64,000 bases of DNA. It comes from Neoechinorhynchus agilis (taxonomy: Eukaryota > Animalia > Acanthocephala). Shown in pieces: positions 32,601 through 47,214 of the stretch (positions are counted from its first letter, which is position 1; every line of letters starts with the position of its first letter). Below the pieces are notes generated by a model. That model saw nothing but the letters and a program-made list of their open reading frames with translations, ran no database searches and had not been told where the DNA came from. Made by a program: the position numbers and the translations under genes. Location: contig CM121341.1 of NCBI GenBank assembly GCA_051530055.1, positions 2,469,561 to 2,533,560 of the forward strand, in the 5' to 3' direction.

Positions 32601-35034
32601 TTGGAAAATATTATCTCTTTGTTTTTAGACTTTTTAAATCGTTGCACGTATTGACTTCTAAAAGCTTTTATATTAATGTATAGCGATAGCAAGATTTTAA
32701 CATTGATTTCATTTTTTTAATACAATCAACTTCTTTTTCCTTTGTAACAAGTACTGATTTCCCTGTTTTTCTTTATTAATTCTTCATGTCTCAGCGAGTT
32801 CGACAACTGATCTTTATTTTTACTTCCATTTTCCATCTCCGATTTTTTTTTAATTGTTTTTATTACTTCCATTAAAATCCTGAAATTTAAAACAATAACA
32901 GTTTTACACATAATTTTCTAATTTACTATAAAAATCATTAACTTCACGTAAGAATAAAGTACTGATTCCCTGTTTTTCTTTATTAATTCTTCATGTCTCA
33001 GCGAATTTGACAACTGAGCTTTATTTATACCTTATTTTTCATCTCCGATTTTTAAAAAATTGTTTTCATTACTTCCATTAAAATCATGAAATTTAAAACA
33101 ATAACAGTTTTACACGTAATTTTTTAATTTACTTTAAAAATCATCAACTTCACGTAAGAATAAAGTACTGATTTCCCTGTTTTTCTTTATTAATTCTTCA
33201 TATACTCAGTAAGTTCAAGAACTGAGCTTTATTTTTACCTTTATTATCTATCTCCGATTTTTTTAAATTGTTTTTATTACTTCCATTAAAATCATGAAAT
33301 TTAAAACAATAACAGTTTTACACGTAATTTTCTAATTTACTATAAAAATCATTAACTTCACGTAAGAATAAAGTACTGATTTCCCTGTTTTTCTTTATTA
33401 ATTCTTCATATACTCAGTAAGTTCAAGAACTGAGCTTTATTTTTACCTTTATTATCTATCTCCGATTTTTTTAAATTGTTTTTATTACTTCCATTAAAAT
33501 CATGAAATTTAAAACAATAACAGTTTTACACATAATTTTCTAATTTACTATAAAAAATCATTAACTTCACGTAAGAATAAAGTACTGATTTCCCTGCTTT
33601 TCTTCATTAATTCTTCATGTCTCAGCTAGTTTGACAACTGAGCTTTATTTTTACCTCCATTTTCCATCTCCGATTTTTTTTAAAAATTGTTTTTATTACT
33701 TCCATTAAAATCATTAAATTTTAAACAATAACAGTTTTACACGTAATTTTTTAATTTACTTTAAACTTTAATAAAAACATATTTACCGGGTGAAGACTTC
33801 TAAACAATATTTAGTGGATTTATTTAGCCAAATAGTAGGGGATTCAAGTTAAATCATTCACAGCACCGCTCTGAATCACTCAGCTGTCATCTTAAATAAA
33901 ATTCAAAAACATCATTTTTATTTCATACATTAAAGCACGTGATATCTCAGTTTTCTTCAGAAATAATCAACTACAGGTAAAGATAATTTTAAATCTGTGT
34001 ATTTTAACAAAATTGTGCTCCACTTACAATTGTTTGTAAATAATACTATTTAAAATAAGCAATTTGATTAGTTTACCTATAACATAGGCCCGAACATGAC
34101 TGGCAAAACTACAATCTTAAAAATGATTGGCTTAATTACGGTAATGGCACAAATCGGTTCATACGTCCCGGCCGACGAAGCTACACTCAGCATTACAAAT
34201 CAATTATTTACTCGAATGTGTCACGATCAGCTTGTTCCTCAACTGAATGTGAACATTTCATCGATGGGCAATGGCATGTTAAATTCTACCTCGTCCCATA
34301 TCCATGAAATGCAAGAAATGGCGTTTATTCTCCACTGCCTCAACCCATCGATCGTTGCTCGATCAGAAAGGACCGTATGCAATAGTGGCAACAATCTTGT
34401 TCTAGTAGATGAACTGTGCCGAGGGATCGAACAAAAACAAGCACTTGCATTAAGTTTTTGTATTTATGAGCATTTACTTGTGTTCGGCAGGACAATGACT
34501 ATTGCTACATCGCATTTACCAGCGATGGTGACTAATTTATGCTGTTTGTACCCACAAGTTTCAGTTTCTCAGATGGATGAGCTTTTTAGAATATTTCCCG
34601 GTCAATGTGATAAGCTCGACTATGGTTAGCCTCTTCTTTTTATCGCCAAATATCTCTCTTCTTTGGTCCTTATAGGTATCCGTCTTGCTGAAAAAAGTAA
34701 ATTGTTTCCCGATTCAGTGATTAGTAATGCCTTGAAATCGTTGGAAGAGCACAAAAACGAAGAATTAACTTTAATAAAAGTTACAAAAGACGTCGAGAGA
34801 GTGAGAATGGTAGTGAAGTTTTGGCGTGAATGGGAATCCTTTAAACAGGAATTGAAGAGTTGTGAACGCAGGGACAATGAAGTGATTGAAGCAAAATGCC
34901 TTGAGTTTTCTACTAAGATAGAAAATTTTGTTCGTCGATATTCTGCATTGTTGAGCAGTTTAAAGGCAAGCAAAGAATCCGGATCAACACAATCGGGAGA
35001 CACTGTACGGTGTTCGGATGAAGAATGTCAATGA
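29662..35034 (+). CDS. MSH4: MutS homolog 4 (meiotic), multi-exon
   Basis: RGCIGIAFIDIRCPTLLLSQ, CYAIKPGINQLLDVARKAYSEVVDDI, ARHPMLD, GPNMTGKTTILK (Walker A), QIGSYVPA and LVLVDELCRG. Many short GT-AG introns and one ~1.6-kb intron. Confidence 0.9.
32751..33765. repeat. ~208-bp tandem repeat, 5 copies, in the large MSH4 intron
   Basis: GTACTGAT at 32751, 32959, 33165, 33373 and 33582. Confidence 0.93.
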
Positions 35035-35152
35035 TGTTATATTTATTTTTTGTTCCGATTTTGGTTTCGTTCAAAAAACTAAGTTTACGCAATTTTTAGG
35101 TGATAGCTGTAAGGATCGAAATCAACAAATAGTTTAATTGGACACATTAGAA

Positions 35153-35626
35153 TCACAAATATCTATTTCTTGCTGATCTGAATAAAGACCGGGATAATCT
35201 TTTGCATACTGATACCCGATCAATACTGTTAGTTAGACGAATCATTGCAGAAACCACATGATTTGCTGCAGAAAACTTTAGATAAAAGATTTCTCGTAAT
35301 CTCAGAACTGTCCACACTACAGAGATTTCTTTTAGTTTAAACCACTTGTCCGTTTTGCACAAATATAATGGTACATTGAGGCATCCTCGTCTGCTCCAGT
35401 TTTCACATTTATTTGGATCCGGCCGATCGTAGCGCATACCCACGTGAATTATATTCATATCAGTCGCAGCCCTCTTAAATGTATTGTCTTCATCTTTATT
35501 GATTTTTGACTTTTGTCCTAAAGTTTTATCAATGGATAAAGTTAATGCAAAGATGAACAGCATATAAATGTGCATTTTTTGATGTAAAAGTAGATTCATC
35601 ACTAAATGTGAGATCGCAGTGCGCAC
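35153..35626 (-). CDS. Hypothetical protein, possibly secreted
   Basis: 157-aa ORF with a hydrophobic MHIYMLFIFALTLS segment, convergent with MSH4; no family recognised. Confidence 0.3.
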   Translation of the reverse strand: MRTAISHLVMNLLLHQKMHIYMLFIFALTLSIDKTLGQKSKINKDEDNTFKRAATDMNIIHVGMRYDRPDPNKCENWSRRGCLNVPLYLCKTDKWFKLKEISVVWTVLRLREIFYLKFSAANHVVSAMIRLTNSIDRVSVCKRLSRSLFRSARNRYL

Positions 35627-36380
35627 TTCAACAAAGTCGAGCTATGATTTATGATCATCGTTGTAGCTTTGAGTCTAGAAAACTCTCAAGATCAAATCAG
35701 AAGTTTCTTGCAATTATAATTGCATATTTATTTGGTATAGAAACTAAGGCATATCTCACTTTAAAAAAATTCGTTCAACAGCTAAATTATACAAGCGGTT
35801 TTTTTATTGTTGATCTAACATCATTCTTTTAATCCGTTAACATGATTTTAATCATTATCACTGTTATTTCCCCCCCACTGTGAATTTTGTAAGCCAATAA
35901 GATCGCTTGTATTTGATCTTAGAAGAATAACGTAAAACAAACGACAATGACTTATCACATTATATCGAGCTACTTTTATTGATCGTAAAGAAATTATTCA
36001 TTATAGTTTCAATTAGCGATGTTTGATTCAGAAAATAGATTTATCTTGAAAATTTTCGGCCTTTTCGTTTTCTTCAATCACTTTAACAATTGATTGAAGA
36101 AGGCCAACAAAAAAACCGAAAACTTCCAATATAAATCTATTGATCGGTTGCTTCCTCAGGGTGGAATTCCATGACTTATAGAATGCGGTAACTACAGCTT
36201 TTGGATAACGTTTAACTAAAACGAAATTAAAAAAATGACTTTTGGGTAGCATCATGAACGCGAATACAAGGATTTTTCAAGATTCAGCGGTTCAAAAACT
36301 GTGAAGAAAACTAGCTTTGATCAAGTAAAATCATTGTGTCACACCACGAGTTTCACAATTATTTTATCCATTGTCAGCGG

Positions 36381-36790
36381 GACGATCTCCAATGCATGCT
36401 GAAATCAATGCCATTCTGAGTAGGACCCTAAAAACGCTTTTCCTCCCAAACATTCTAGAACCCACTGATCTTTGTAGATTAGATGGATTCCTTGGCGGGA
36501 GGGAAAATGCTTTGGCAAACTCCAACATCAGCCACTCGAAAAAGGTGCAGGAGGAGCGGTGACGGCGGCAGGGGATGGGAAATGCTTAAAATACAGGGAG
36601 CTAATCCGAAACTACCATTTTGTCCCCTTCGGTGTGGAAACGTACCTTGGGAGGGTCGGCAAGGACTTGGGGAAACGAATCAATGCGGCGACTGGAGAGC
36701 CAAGATCAACTTCGTTCCTAGCCCAAAAAATAAGGATTGCGGTGTAGTGGGGCAATGCGGCCTGCATTTTGGCCAGCGCCGATGAATAGG
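36381..36790 (+). mobile_element. Degenerate CRE-like RLE retrotransposon 3' fragment
   Basis: HAEINAILSRTL...LEPTDLCRLDG, KYRELIRNYHFVPFGVET and FLAQKIRIAV*WGNAACIL. Confidence 0.75.
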
Positions 36791-37237
36791 AGCGGAGAGG
36801 TTTAGAAATTAGCGAAAAAGTTTGAAAAGTTCCGTGAGTTTATGCACCTCTAAGCGTTCAGTTTGAGTTTTCCCATGTTGATAATATTAGTAAAAAAAAT
36901 TTAGTAACAATTTTTTGGTGCAGCTTAATAAGATCGATTTGGTGAAACATTAATAGATGACATAAACAATTTGATAGATTTTATGAGAATATTTAGACAA
37001 TGAATGGATTTTAGAACGAAGCCAACAAAATGACACAATTGACTAGTTTGTTGTTGTTTTTATAATTCAGCATTTAAAAGTATTAATCGATCATGATTTC
37101 CTCCGTTTCCACCATAGGATTTTCTTTCTTTAAAATCCTTTTATATGCTGCTGTAATGGGTGAAATCAGTTGTTTTGTATAACCACTTAGACCCGATATC
37201 CAATCGATTCTGTACTTCTTTTCAGGTATTTGGTCAA

Positions 37238-40102
37238 CTACATTTGATGGAATAAGTACAAATTGGGTGAAAGATGATACCTACATCCTTCGAACGTGAT
37301 CTGAACAATCGACGCCAATATACCAACCAAGACACATATCACACAACCGGATAATCCGTACCATAGAAAACTCATTCCGTACATTGCAATCAGTCCGCTC
37401 GAATCGGTTACATACGTCGGCTTAGAAGTTGTCAAAAAGGGAGGATCTGTCGTTAAAAACGAACAATTGGCTATTGAAAGTGGTTTATATGGCGATTTTA
37501 CGGCGTAGCCATTCTCATTCTAAGACGCACACGATCAAGAATAGCTATTTTAGCGAGCTAGAAAAAATGATTGATCCAGCCAAAATCCAAATTTGGAAGG
37601 ATAGAGATAAAACCAGACCAATTAGTGCTGCCTAAGAAAATGTTTTGCATTTCAAAACCTATTATTTCCAACCATTGGTTTGCAGAAATGGACAAAAAAT
37701 CCAAGGACATATACGCCCATCACTGGTCCATTGAAGACGCCAAAAATTGAAAGTGCTGCCTATGGGCACGAAATAGACCTTATTTTTCAACAAACGATTT
37801 TTGTCACTTACTATTAAAACGCCTTGAAAATTTTGAACAATAAGCACCATCAGAAGCGCAAAAACTCCAAACAATACAGCTATTTTTTTTATCGATGAAA
37901 AAAAATTAGCTTCGTAAGTTTCAAAATCAATTCTAACTTATTATTCTTAGCAGTGCAAGATAATGGTTAAATTTTATCTTTAAAACATTAACAGTCGGTT
38001 TTATTAGATCGTTGACAACGACTGCTGATAGACTGTTCAAACATGAAGAGATTGTGCTAAAGAAATTCTATAAACTAAATTTTTTGTATATGCTCAAATA
38101 CCTTAAAGTGCCACTAAAGATGGTTGCAAGGAAAAGTCCTCCAAATCCATTAAGATTCTTCATGGTTGTCATAATGAACAATGGATAAAGCTTTCAGTAG
38201 ATAATTTTAGAATCTTGAACAAACACAGAAACAAACCTGATCAATACTGGATATTTGTGAACTTGTTAAAGGATCACAACCTTCGTAATAAGTGTACATT
38301 ATTAATCCAATGGCAATACAAACGCTTATTGATACGATTATGCCAAGACAGTTGAGCCATGCCGCCCTTTAAAGAATAACTTTTAGAACATTTTTTGTGC
38401 CTTCACGAATAAACCTTTTACATAGCGCATCGTTTTTTATTGATAGATATCGTTGAACCTGAATTTGGTTAAAACTAAACAGACTAATTGTTGTGAAACC
38501 GTGTCCAATTACAGTTGACCAGACAGTAAGTTTTATTCGTGGATTAACGTCAAAACTAGAATTGTGAGTTTGATTATAAAAATTAAGATTATAAGAAAAA
38601 TTCTCACTCAAAAAATTCGAGTCGGTCGCTTTCAATGCTAATTTTTAAGACATTCCAAAAACCATCGACTTTATTAGAGCCTAATGTTAGACTTATAGAA
38701 GCCTTAAAAGTAATATCGGACATACGTACCTAATATCGCAGTCAATAAAAGTCCTGTAAGGATGATAAGAAATTGAAAGACGTCGGACCAAACAACTCCA
38801 CGAACTCCTCCCTGGACGATTATCGCGAATCGGGATTTACAATTTAGAAAAATACCAGAGTAGAGTAAGCAATGCAGACAAGAGTGAGAAGCGACGCAGG
38901 GAGCCAAATATTTAATCCAGTGACTAAATCAATGATTATTGTCTTCATTTATCCGATATATACCTTGATTTAGAGCCTTCGAAGGAGCATAAATCACAAC
39001 TCCGAGGTACAATGTCTATTTTTTGGTTTAGAAGGGTACACAATTTTCAAATTAAATTTGCGTTCTTACAGTTTGACAGATAAAACAAATCGAGGCCGCA
39101 ATTTTTACATAGACATTAAATCGAAGTCGAAGATACTAAACACTTTATCTATTTATGTTCATAAAAACGAAACTTACATCGTAAAGAGATTCAATCTCAG
39201 ATGATCTTAATTTTGGAATGAAAAGATGAGCCGTTGCGATTGTGCCCAGTACGTTTCCAAAACCTAAAATGAGGAAGTGAGCGTTTGTAAGAACATTACG
39301 AAAACTAAACTTCCTCCCTATAGTTTAGAAAAAACACGCTTTAGTTTTCTTGGAGACGAAATAAAAGTAGGTTAAATAACAAATTCCGATGGATTCTCAT
39401 AACTTTAGCTTTTTTCTTTGAGTGAATATCATGAAACTTCAAACGTTATTGTTCTTCTTTAAAAAAAGTCAATTATGTTCTATGTTTTGGACCGATCAAA
39501 AGCTCCTTTGTCTAAGTACCGACCGAAATCGCTTTAATTTCTCTATGAAGAGACTTTTCATGCTTTAGAAAATTCAAATTTTTTTATGAGCGTGTAAGTG
39601 GAATAGAAGGATAAAGATTATCTTTGATGTAGCTCAATTATTACAAGACGAAATAAAGTTTTTCACTGAACAAGAAAAGTTCATCGGTATTAGAAACATT
39701 AAAATGTAAAAAGCAACTAAACAAAGTTTGATCGCGTTTTGAGCCTTACATGTCATCCAAAACATTGTTCCATAAAAATAAGATTCAGCCGAATATCCGA
39801 GAATTGCAATAGCGGACCAAAACGAAGCTATCAAACTCATTGCCACTGGGAAGGCCTAAAACACAACGAGGTAGATATAATTACAAGCTTCGATTTTCTC
39901 ACTCCTAACTTCCTTTCAGCCAATACATAATCCAAAGGAGTCTGCTTGCGCCGGCATCCTGTACAATTTAAATTCTAATGTAACCCAATGCTAAGGTTTA
40001 TAAGAATTTAAATATAAAAGCACCAATCGTAAGTGAAAGTATAACGAAAATGGCGAAGAGTGCCCAATCAACAGTGGTGAAATATTCTTTGTCTTCAATC
40101 AT
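37238..40102 (-). CDS. Sodium:solute symporter (SLC5A6/8/12-like), multi-exon
   Basis: DWALFAIFVILSLTIG, DYVLAERKL, PVAMSLIASFWSAIAILG, GGVRGVVWSDVFQ, NQIQVQRYLS and SFLWYGLSG. The 3' end is approximate. Confidence 0.85.
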
Positions 40103-40899
40103 AATGGTTTTCTTAAATATATAGAAAGGAAACCAAAAAGTTGATGTACTAAGAAGGAAAAGAGTTGATAAACGCGTAAAATGAGTCAGATCCCTCTAAA
40201 ACAAACGAAACGCATTTTTCATTAAATGGTCAATACGTTTTGAGACTAACGATGTGAATAAAAAAATTAAGAATATATCAAATGGCAAAAAGACGGAGAG
40301 CGTTTTGACAATGTCAAGGAGATGTGTGAGGAAATGTCGCTTCGTGTCTTGCTAAACTAATTTGTGAAATGGATTACCCGGAACGAAGAGAAACGGATGA
40401 TGAGCAATTCAAAAATATCAGCTCGATTTTGAGCTGATCGCTCTACAAGTGCTTCGCCTAGTTATCTCAACGATTTTCGATAGCAGATATCAAGATCTTT
40501 TAAACGTCTATTCTTCATAAGTGTTTGGTTAAGCTAAAAAATTAAAGAATCAACCATGAACATTAACCCGACATTCGATACATTGAGCTTCAGTCCAAGA
40601 GATGGTCACATTTCGCCATATTAAAATTCAACTCGATTCTACGGCTCGATGCATGACATGAGCAATTTATCTCCCCTTGGCTAAAGACGATAATCAGCAA
40701 TCGTAACCTTCAGATTATGCCTAGTTATTGGACTTCGAGGAAAAGTTCCACTGTAATCGAAGCGAACAGGAAACCTGAAGGCAGAAGTCGATATAAAGGA
40801 TGCGCTACCGAAAAGTAGCCGCTACTTTCAAGGTAATGAATTAAAGTCCCATTTAAATGATATAATCCGAAGGGTTTATAAGGTTAAAAAATGCCCTTC

Positions 40900-42350
40900 A
40901 TTGTAGTGTGAGCAGGCCGAAATAGATGTAAATTTGACAAACTGCCAATTGGATGGTTCACGGTTCGTGTAACCTCTAAATGTCATGGGAATTTGGATAA
41001 GCTGCGAGTTGATTTTGCAATCTTTTTAATCTGATCAACTCGGACTAAGGTCTATACATTCATTGAATATGAATGACATTGACTATTTTGGGTTTGGTTA
41101 TTTATCTGGACGTAGTAAGAAGAGAAGGTTCAGGCTAAGAAGGATACAACAAGGGCACATCTCGACACCCATTCCCAACAAAGGTCACTGAAAGTTGTCC
41201 AACATGGAACTCTAACGAAGGACAGAGAGGTCATCGACAATGTGGATCTTCAAGACACCAAAGGGTGAAAATGCACAATAAAAAATATTACGATGGTAGA
41301 TTTGTGCATCAATGCATCTTGAGAAACGACTCTGCAAACACTTTGACTCGTTGATGGCAGCTAGTCTTGATTGCAGCAACCAGGCTACAGGCTCTGAAGG
41401 AAAGGTCGACTTGCGCCTCCGCTAGGAGCATTATGGAAACAAAGTTAACCGAAATTGAGTAAAGATTTCTTTAATTGATGGATCCGAAATCCTAGACTGT
41501 ACTTGGAAATACTTAAAGGAAGTTTACAGCCTAAAGGTATGTCTGAACACATCTATTAAGATCTATCCTGCGTAGTTTTTTCAGACTGTCTTTAAGACAA
41601 ATATAACACTTAACCTCCAAGGAGTAAATATGTTCCTTAGTGGCTTTAACGACCCGTCCGCCCTTTTCTGCGTAAGTTGTACAGTGCCGAATTATGAAAA
41701 GCTTAACTTAATATCACGCATTTGTGAAGAACTTCTTGGTGCTCGCTCTCAGGATGATATTTTTCTGACACAATTTTGGGATTCCATTAATTGACAGTGT
41801 CGTGCAAGATATCGACTGGTCGAAGATTGTCATTCGCAAGTCCTTTCGACCGTGGAAAATACAAGCTCGGATTAAGAATTCAAGTAGAAATGCAAAGATA
41901 AAGCTATTCATTTCGCTGCATTATCAACTTGCCTTTTCTCCTCTCACAAAGGCTAATTCTTAGGTTTTAAAGTCTAGAACTTTCTGATATTGCCAATTTT
42001 GAATTTTTCTACCAACAAATGATTTCTGTTTCACTGTGGAATGGGCTTTTTTGAAGAATAAGCATACAAACGGTTCTCTCTCTGTAAACACAAATAAAAC
42101 GAAATTTATCATTAAATCAAGACCCGTAATAGGCAACCGCAAATATTCTGTTTTTAAATCAAATTCGTTTTGTGGTATTTTTCTTGAATTGCTATCTTTA
42201 AGTACTCGTTTATCACCAATCTCATGGCCAATAACGATCCAAATAAAAATTGAACTGCTTTAAGTTGCGTGATTTTGATCACGTGTCCACGTAGCTTCTT
42301 CAACATTTTAAATCCATTCTCTCTTAACCCTAGGCTATATCCCGGCTGGG
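40900..42350 (-). mobile_element. Possible highly decayed DIRS-like retrotransposon relic
   Basis: Weak RT-like EFDLKTEYLRLPI...FVLFVF...FVCLFF, plus downstream FSPF and VPCWTT resembling the DIRS FPPF / P.W motifs; many stops. Confidence 0.3.
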
Positions 42351-44509
42351 TTCCCAATGCTCAATTGTGCCAATAGTCAGATTTTCGACAAGTTTATTAT
42401 ATTCTCACTTATCTCGCATGCACACTATTCAAATAAATCTTCTTCGAGTGAAAATGAACGATTTCAAAGCACATGCAATATAATTCTTAAAGAATAAAAT
42501 TGAACGCTAAAGGTTCCCTACTAAGAGTCAGCCGGCCAATCTTATTATTAATTTTTTATATTTTACCAGCAATAGAAGGTGCTCATTCAAAGTCATCTCT
42601 GTATTTGCAGTACCATTGGTTTTTTAAAGTGTTGAACAACCCTTGGAAGCTTCTAGTATTTATCCATTTCACATAGAATTATTGTTCAGGTCTACAATTG
42701 CGGTGAACTTCGTCGATTTCATCATCAGTTTGTTAGTTAGTATGAACCCGATGATATTCAAAACATCTTTAATCCAAATAATCATTTACTGCGGGTGTAG
42801 ACTTCTAAACAATAATTCCAATCACATTCCCCAATACCTCACATATCGACATTTACATATTAAAAGATTCTACTGATTTTTCTTCACAGCAAATAATTTT
42901 ACAACACGCCCGACTAATCCTGTTTGATAGCGATAAGCACTCAGTCCAGAGCGCGGATCAATGCTTACAAATCAGCTCATTAGAAAGCATTAAGGGAATT
43001 ATATTCTTTACAGGTTATGCAATTCCGATCTTATTGTTATCAACGTTATCAAACGGCCTACAAAGAATGGGAAACTCAATAAAAGCGTGTTTTTAGTAGT
43101 CCATTTCGATTTTCTGTGTCATTAACTATAATGAGCTTCATGTCTTTGTACCTTGATGGTAACGAATTCGAAGAGTATCAAAGATAAATGGTTTTGAATA
43201 TTTAATTTATCACCTTTTAGGTTTTTGCAAGCGGCAAAATAGCTGTGTAACCCGGTAAAAGGACGCATTTTCCGCTTTCAAACTTTCAAAGTTGCCAACG
43301 ATTTAGAAGATGTAAAAGATTGCTTTTCAAAAGTATAAAAACTACATTAGAAACCTTTAATCACAAGCCACGATTTGTTATCCGATTAAGACAAAAATCC
43401 TCAAGATTCCTCTTATAAATTGTAATGATGACGGACGATTGAGGCAAATAATGAACTGAAAGCTTTTGGAGAAATCATTTGTTATAAGAGACAAACATGA
43501 GCGAATAAACAATAAGTAAATTTTAAGGAAGCCGTACAAACTCGCCCAAGCAACCTTTTGTCTGTTCTACCAACGACATAAGATTCGATAAAAATAATAT
43601 GTAGACAAAATGGTACGAAAAGGTTTCGTTAATAATCCATATTATTGACATAAAAAAATCCTATTCGTTTGTTAGATTCATTTCTTACAAGCCATTAATC
43701 CAATTTATAAAAGTTCCGATGGGAACGGTGAAATATCTTTACGCTCAATTGTCTCGAGGATGTATTCAATATTCCCTTTCTAAATCGCTGATTCTCTAAT
43801 AAAAATAGTTAGCTGCTTTGGCGTCTTCTCCTCTTGTTGTTGCGACCAACCATTTGGCTGGAAAATAAAGTAGTATTTCACAAGATTCTAAACATTCGGT
43901 TGGACAAACTGATCTTTAATACTGTCACAAACTAAATGGCGATGTTTGAGAGGTTGAAGAGTCCAGAATAGCGAATTCTATTCCTCGAGGGATGCCTCTG
44001 AAACAAATCAATTGCGCGTCCTAAGAGAATCTTCGTTCGTTGATGGATAATTTAACTACGAAGCGGATTGCGAACTAAACAAGCGGGACGAACTATCCGC
44101 TTTGAAGTCACCACTTTAACACGCTCCATGCACTTTAATGGTAAAAGCTCGAAATAAAGATTTTCTTTATACAACCCAAGTGTCCATTTCCGAAAACTTT
44201 ATCAATTCTGCTGCTGGAAAATCGCATTATTTTAATTTAATTAACGTAAGGTTTGAAATTTTCCAAATTAATTCGAAATTTCGATTGTAAGTCAAATTGG
44301 TTTTTTGTTTTAGTAAAAAAATTCGATCGACCGAAACTTTGAATCATTTTTTTGAATCATTCTTTACATGGCAATAACGTGACAACTAGATCCTGGTACA
44401 AGTGCAATTTTCATGCTTTAAAAACAAGCATCAAATGATTCACAGGGTGAGAACGCAAGGATGATGTCTCAATTTTCGAGGTTGAATTTTCTCACCACTT
44501 CTTTGTTCG

Positions 44510-46483
44510 ATGCGAAATATTATTGATGCCGATAGTCTTAAATATTTGCATTTAACTTTTCTTATTACATTCTACACGGCATTTGCAAACAAATGGTATA
44601 TTGAGTATCCGTTAAAGACTGCTCCTAATTTCTTCAATCATTTGACTGGCGCACTGGTGATTGTCGGATTTGTTGTAGCTTTCGGTGCTGTGATAAAAAC
44701 GCTTGTTTTTCTAATTGCTCAATCGAAAATACTAAAAGGATCAACACCGTTTAAACGGAAAATATTATGTGAACTTTTGATGCTCACCTACTTGTTGGCT
44801 GGTACATACCTTTGTAGTCCTTGGAACTTTGTTGTGAAGAGAAAACACGGTTCTATTCGATTTGGCGCTTATATCTTTGTTATAGTGGTGCCTATCAAGC
44901 TTGCTTCTTATTTAACGTTTTGCTTTAAACTTAAACGAGAACGGCATTTAACATACAAACATTTTACCCAGAAGTTGTCAAGGCATCGGGGTTTTATCTC
45001 CATCTTAACAATGTACGAAAATGTTGTTTCATAAACGAACATTCGTACAGATAAATTGGCTTTTCGAAAATGAATCCGATCCATAAATATGGAATAGTTT
45101 TATTAGAACCTGCAACGCATTTGTTCTACATTCAAACTATAGTTATCGACCATGAAGTTAATCTTTAAGATAGTTGTTAAGTTTAACTGGCCAACATTGA
45201 TTAGAATAAATTTGTGGTTTTTGAAATTAAGAATATAGTCGTCGCGAACTCAAGAAACAAAAATCCTAATAAACAAATGGGCAAGCGAATTATATAGTTT
45301 GACTGGCATTCGTCCAGGTTTTGGGATTTCGTTTTTCAAAGATGCAATTTTTTCATCAAAGTCAACATACCGCTGGTTCATTGGTTCAGCCTTCAAATCA
45401 ATATTGATAATCGCTACACGTTTATAAGGAAATTAAGACGTCGGCCTATTTTTGAGATCTTAAAATATACATTTTTTTTAATAAAGTGTGTAACGCATTC
45501 TTTTTCTATTAAAAATAATAAGGTTGCCTTTAAGCTTTCAAAGAGAAGCCTCTGATGTCCGTGGATTTCCCAAAAGATAACGGGATCGAGGAAAATTAAA
45601 ATGCTGAAAAAAGATATGTTCATTTTAATTTACGATAAGTAAATCTCTTAGAATTCGAGTCAGAAAATGCAACTTCTTTTTTTGAAAAGTTTAATCCTTA
45701 GTCATTCGTTCTGAAACCAAACATCCAAGGGGCCTTCAACAAGTGAGACATTTCTTAAACTTAAAATGGTACTGTAAAACTACTTGACGACTTCTTCTTA
45801 TGATCACAATGTACAATCCATGGCTTGCATTTATTCCACCTCGTCGACTTTACTACCGTACCCGCATTCTAATGGCCATTCGGTGTATCGCTGAAATTTT
45901 AGCTCTGTCGATCTTCAATGCAGTCCTAATCAGACACTGGATGATGCCATTAGTAGACAATTTCAAGACGATATACTCAAAAAACGATTATTTTCGGGCG
46001 TTCACTCTTTCATGTCGAATGACATTATTCGGTTCGGTGCTTTGGATCTCTGGATTCTATATTCTCTTTCAATCATTGATGAACCTCCACAGTGAAGTGA
46101 CCGGTGGACTTGACCGCAGGTTTTATTTTGATTGGTGGCAACTTAAAAACGTTATGCAGTTTTGGAACCGTTGGAATCGTGTAGTTCATCAATATTTGAA
46201 GCAAGCGATTTACACGCCAATAATCGACGAGCTTGGATATAAGCAAATTACCGCTGCTGTGGTTGTGTTTGGTGCCTCAGGAATATTCCATGAGTTAGGA
46301 CTCGATGTCGTCTTGGGAAAGGTGTCATATTCCATAGTTGCGTTCACGTTTGGAAACCCTTTCTTAATGCTTATAACCAACAAATTGCAGGATCGATTTC
46401 CGACACTTAATGTGGTTCTATGTAGATTTTCAATTCCGATTTTAGCAGGTACTACATTTGTACACTGCAATGCTCTTATCTAA
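44510..46483 (+). CDS. MBOAT-family acyltransferase (DGAT1/SOAT-like), multi-exon
   Basis: FYFDWWQ...FWNRWNRVVHQYLKQAIYTP and VVVFGASGIFHE (catalytic His); multiple transmembrane segments. Confidence 0.8.
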
Positions 46484-47214
46484 CGAAACCCGATCAAACA
46501 AAATTTGCTTCGTTCTCTTATTTTTAAGTTCATTGAAATAAATGACTCGATTGTTTTGATGTTTTAATTAAACACCGATTTTTGAATACTTTGAAATGCA
46601 CAGATTAATTTCATATCTTTAAATTCTGATCTGTTGTATACTCCATTCATCGCGCGTCAAAAACACTTTTTAGGCTATTGAACACTTAAACAACGCTAGA
46701 CAAAAAAGATCACGTTGTAAAACTTACAAAGAAATCAATGAACAATGAACGGGCTTATCGATGTCCCACTAGAGAAATTCTTTGAACGAGTTACTGAAAC
46801 TCTAAAGGATTCATTAATTGAGGCGATGAGCACAGTTAAGGATATCTTAACGGATACTATCCAGTTTGATTAAGAAACTCTTAGAAGTGAACAGTTAATC
46901 GAAGTCAAAAAGCGCAAAAGGGCACAAATCCATCGTCTTGAAACGTTTCACGGGAAGAGCCTCTAAATTTTGCACCGTTGATTTTTCAATGCTCACCGAA
47001 TGTCTCTATATGATTTACAACAAACAATCAAAACGCCTCTCAACCACACAATCACAATTTAAAACACATTTTATTTCCCTTTTAACACGAACATAATACT
47101 CAAAATCCCAATTCATTTCATCCTCCCTCTACTTATTTTTTCATGCTGCCCAATCATCTAGGATTTCATGATACGAAATGAACAACCTCACAAATTCACC
47201 TTCAAACAACAATT

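Noticed and set aside
42560-44200. Possible small gene or Tc1/mariner relic
   Set aside because: No consistent frame, splice pattern or catalytic motif could be assembled.
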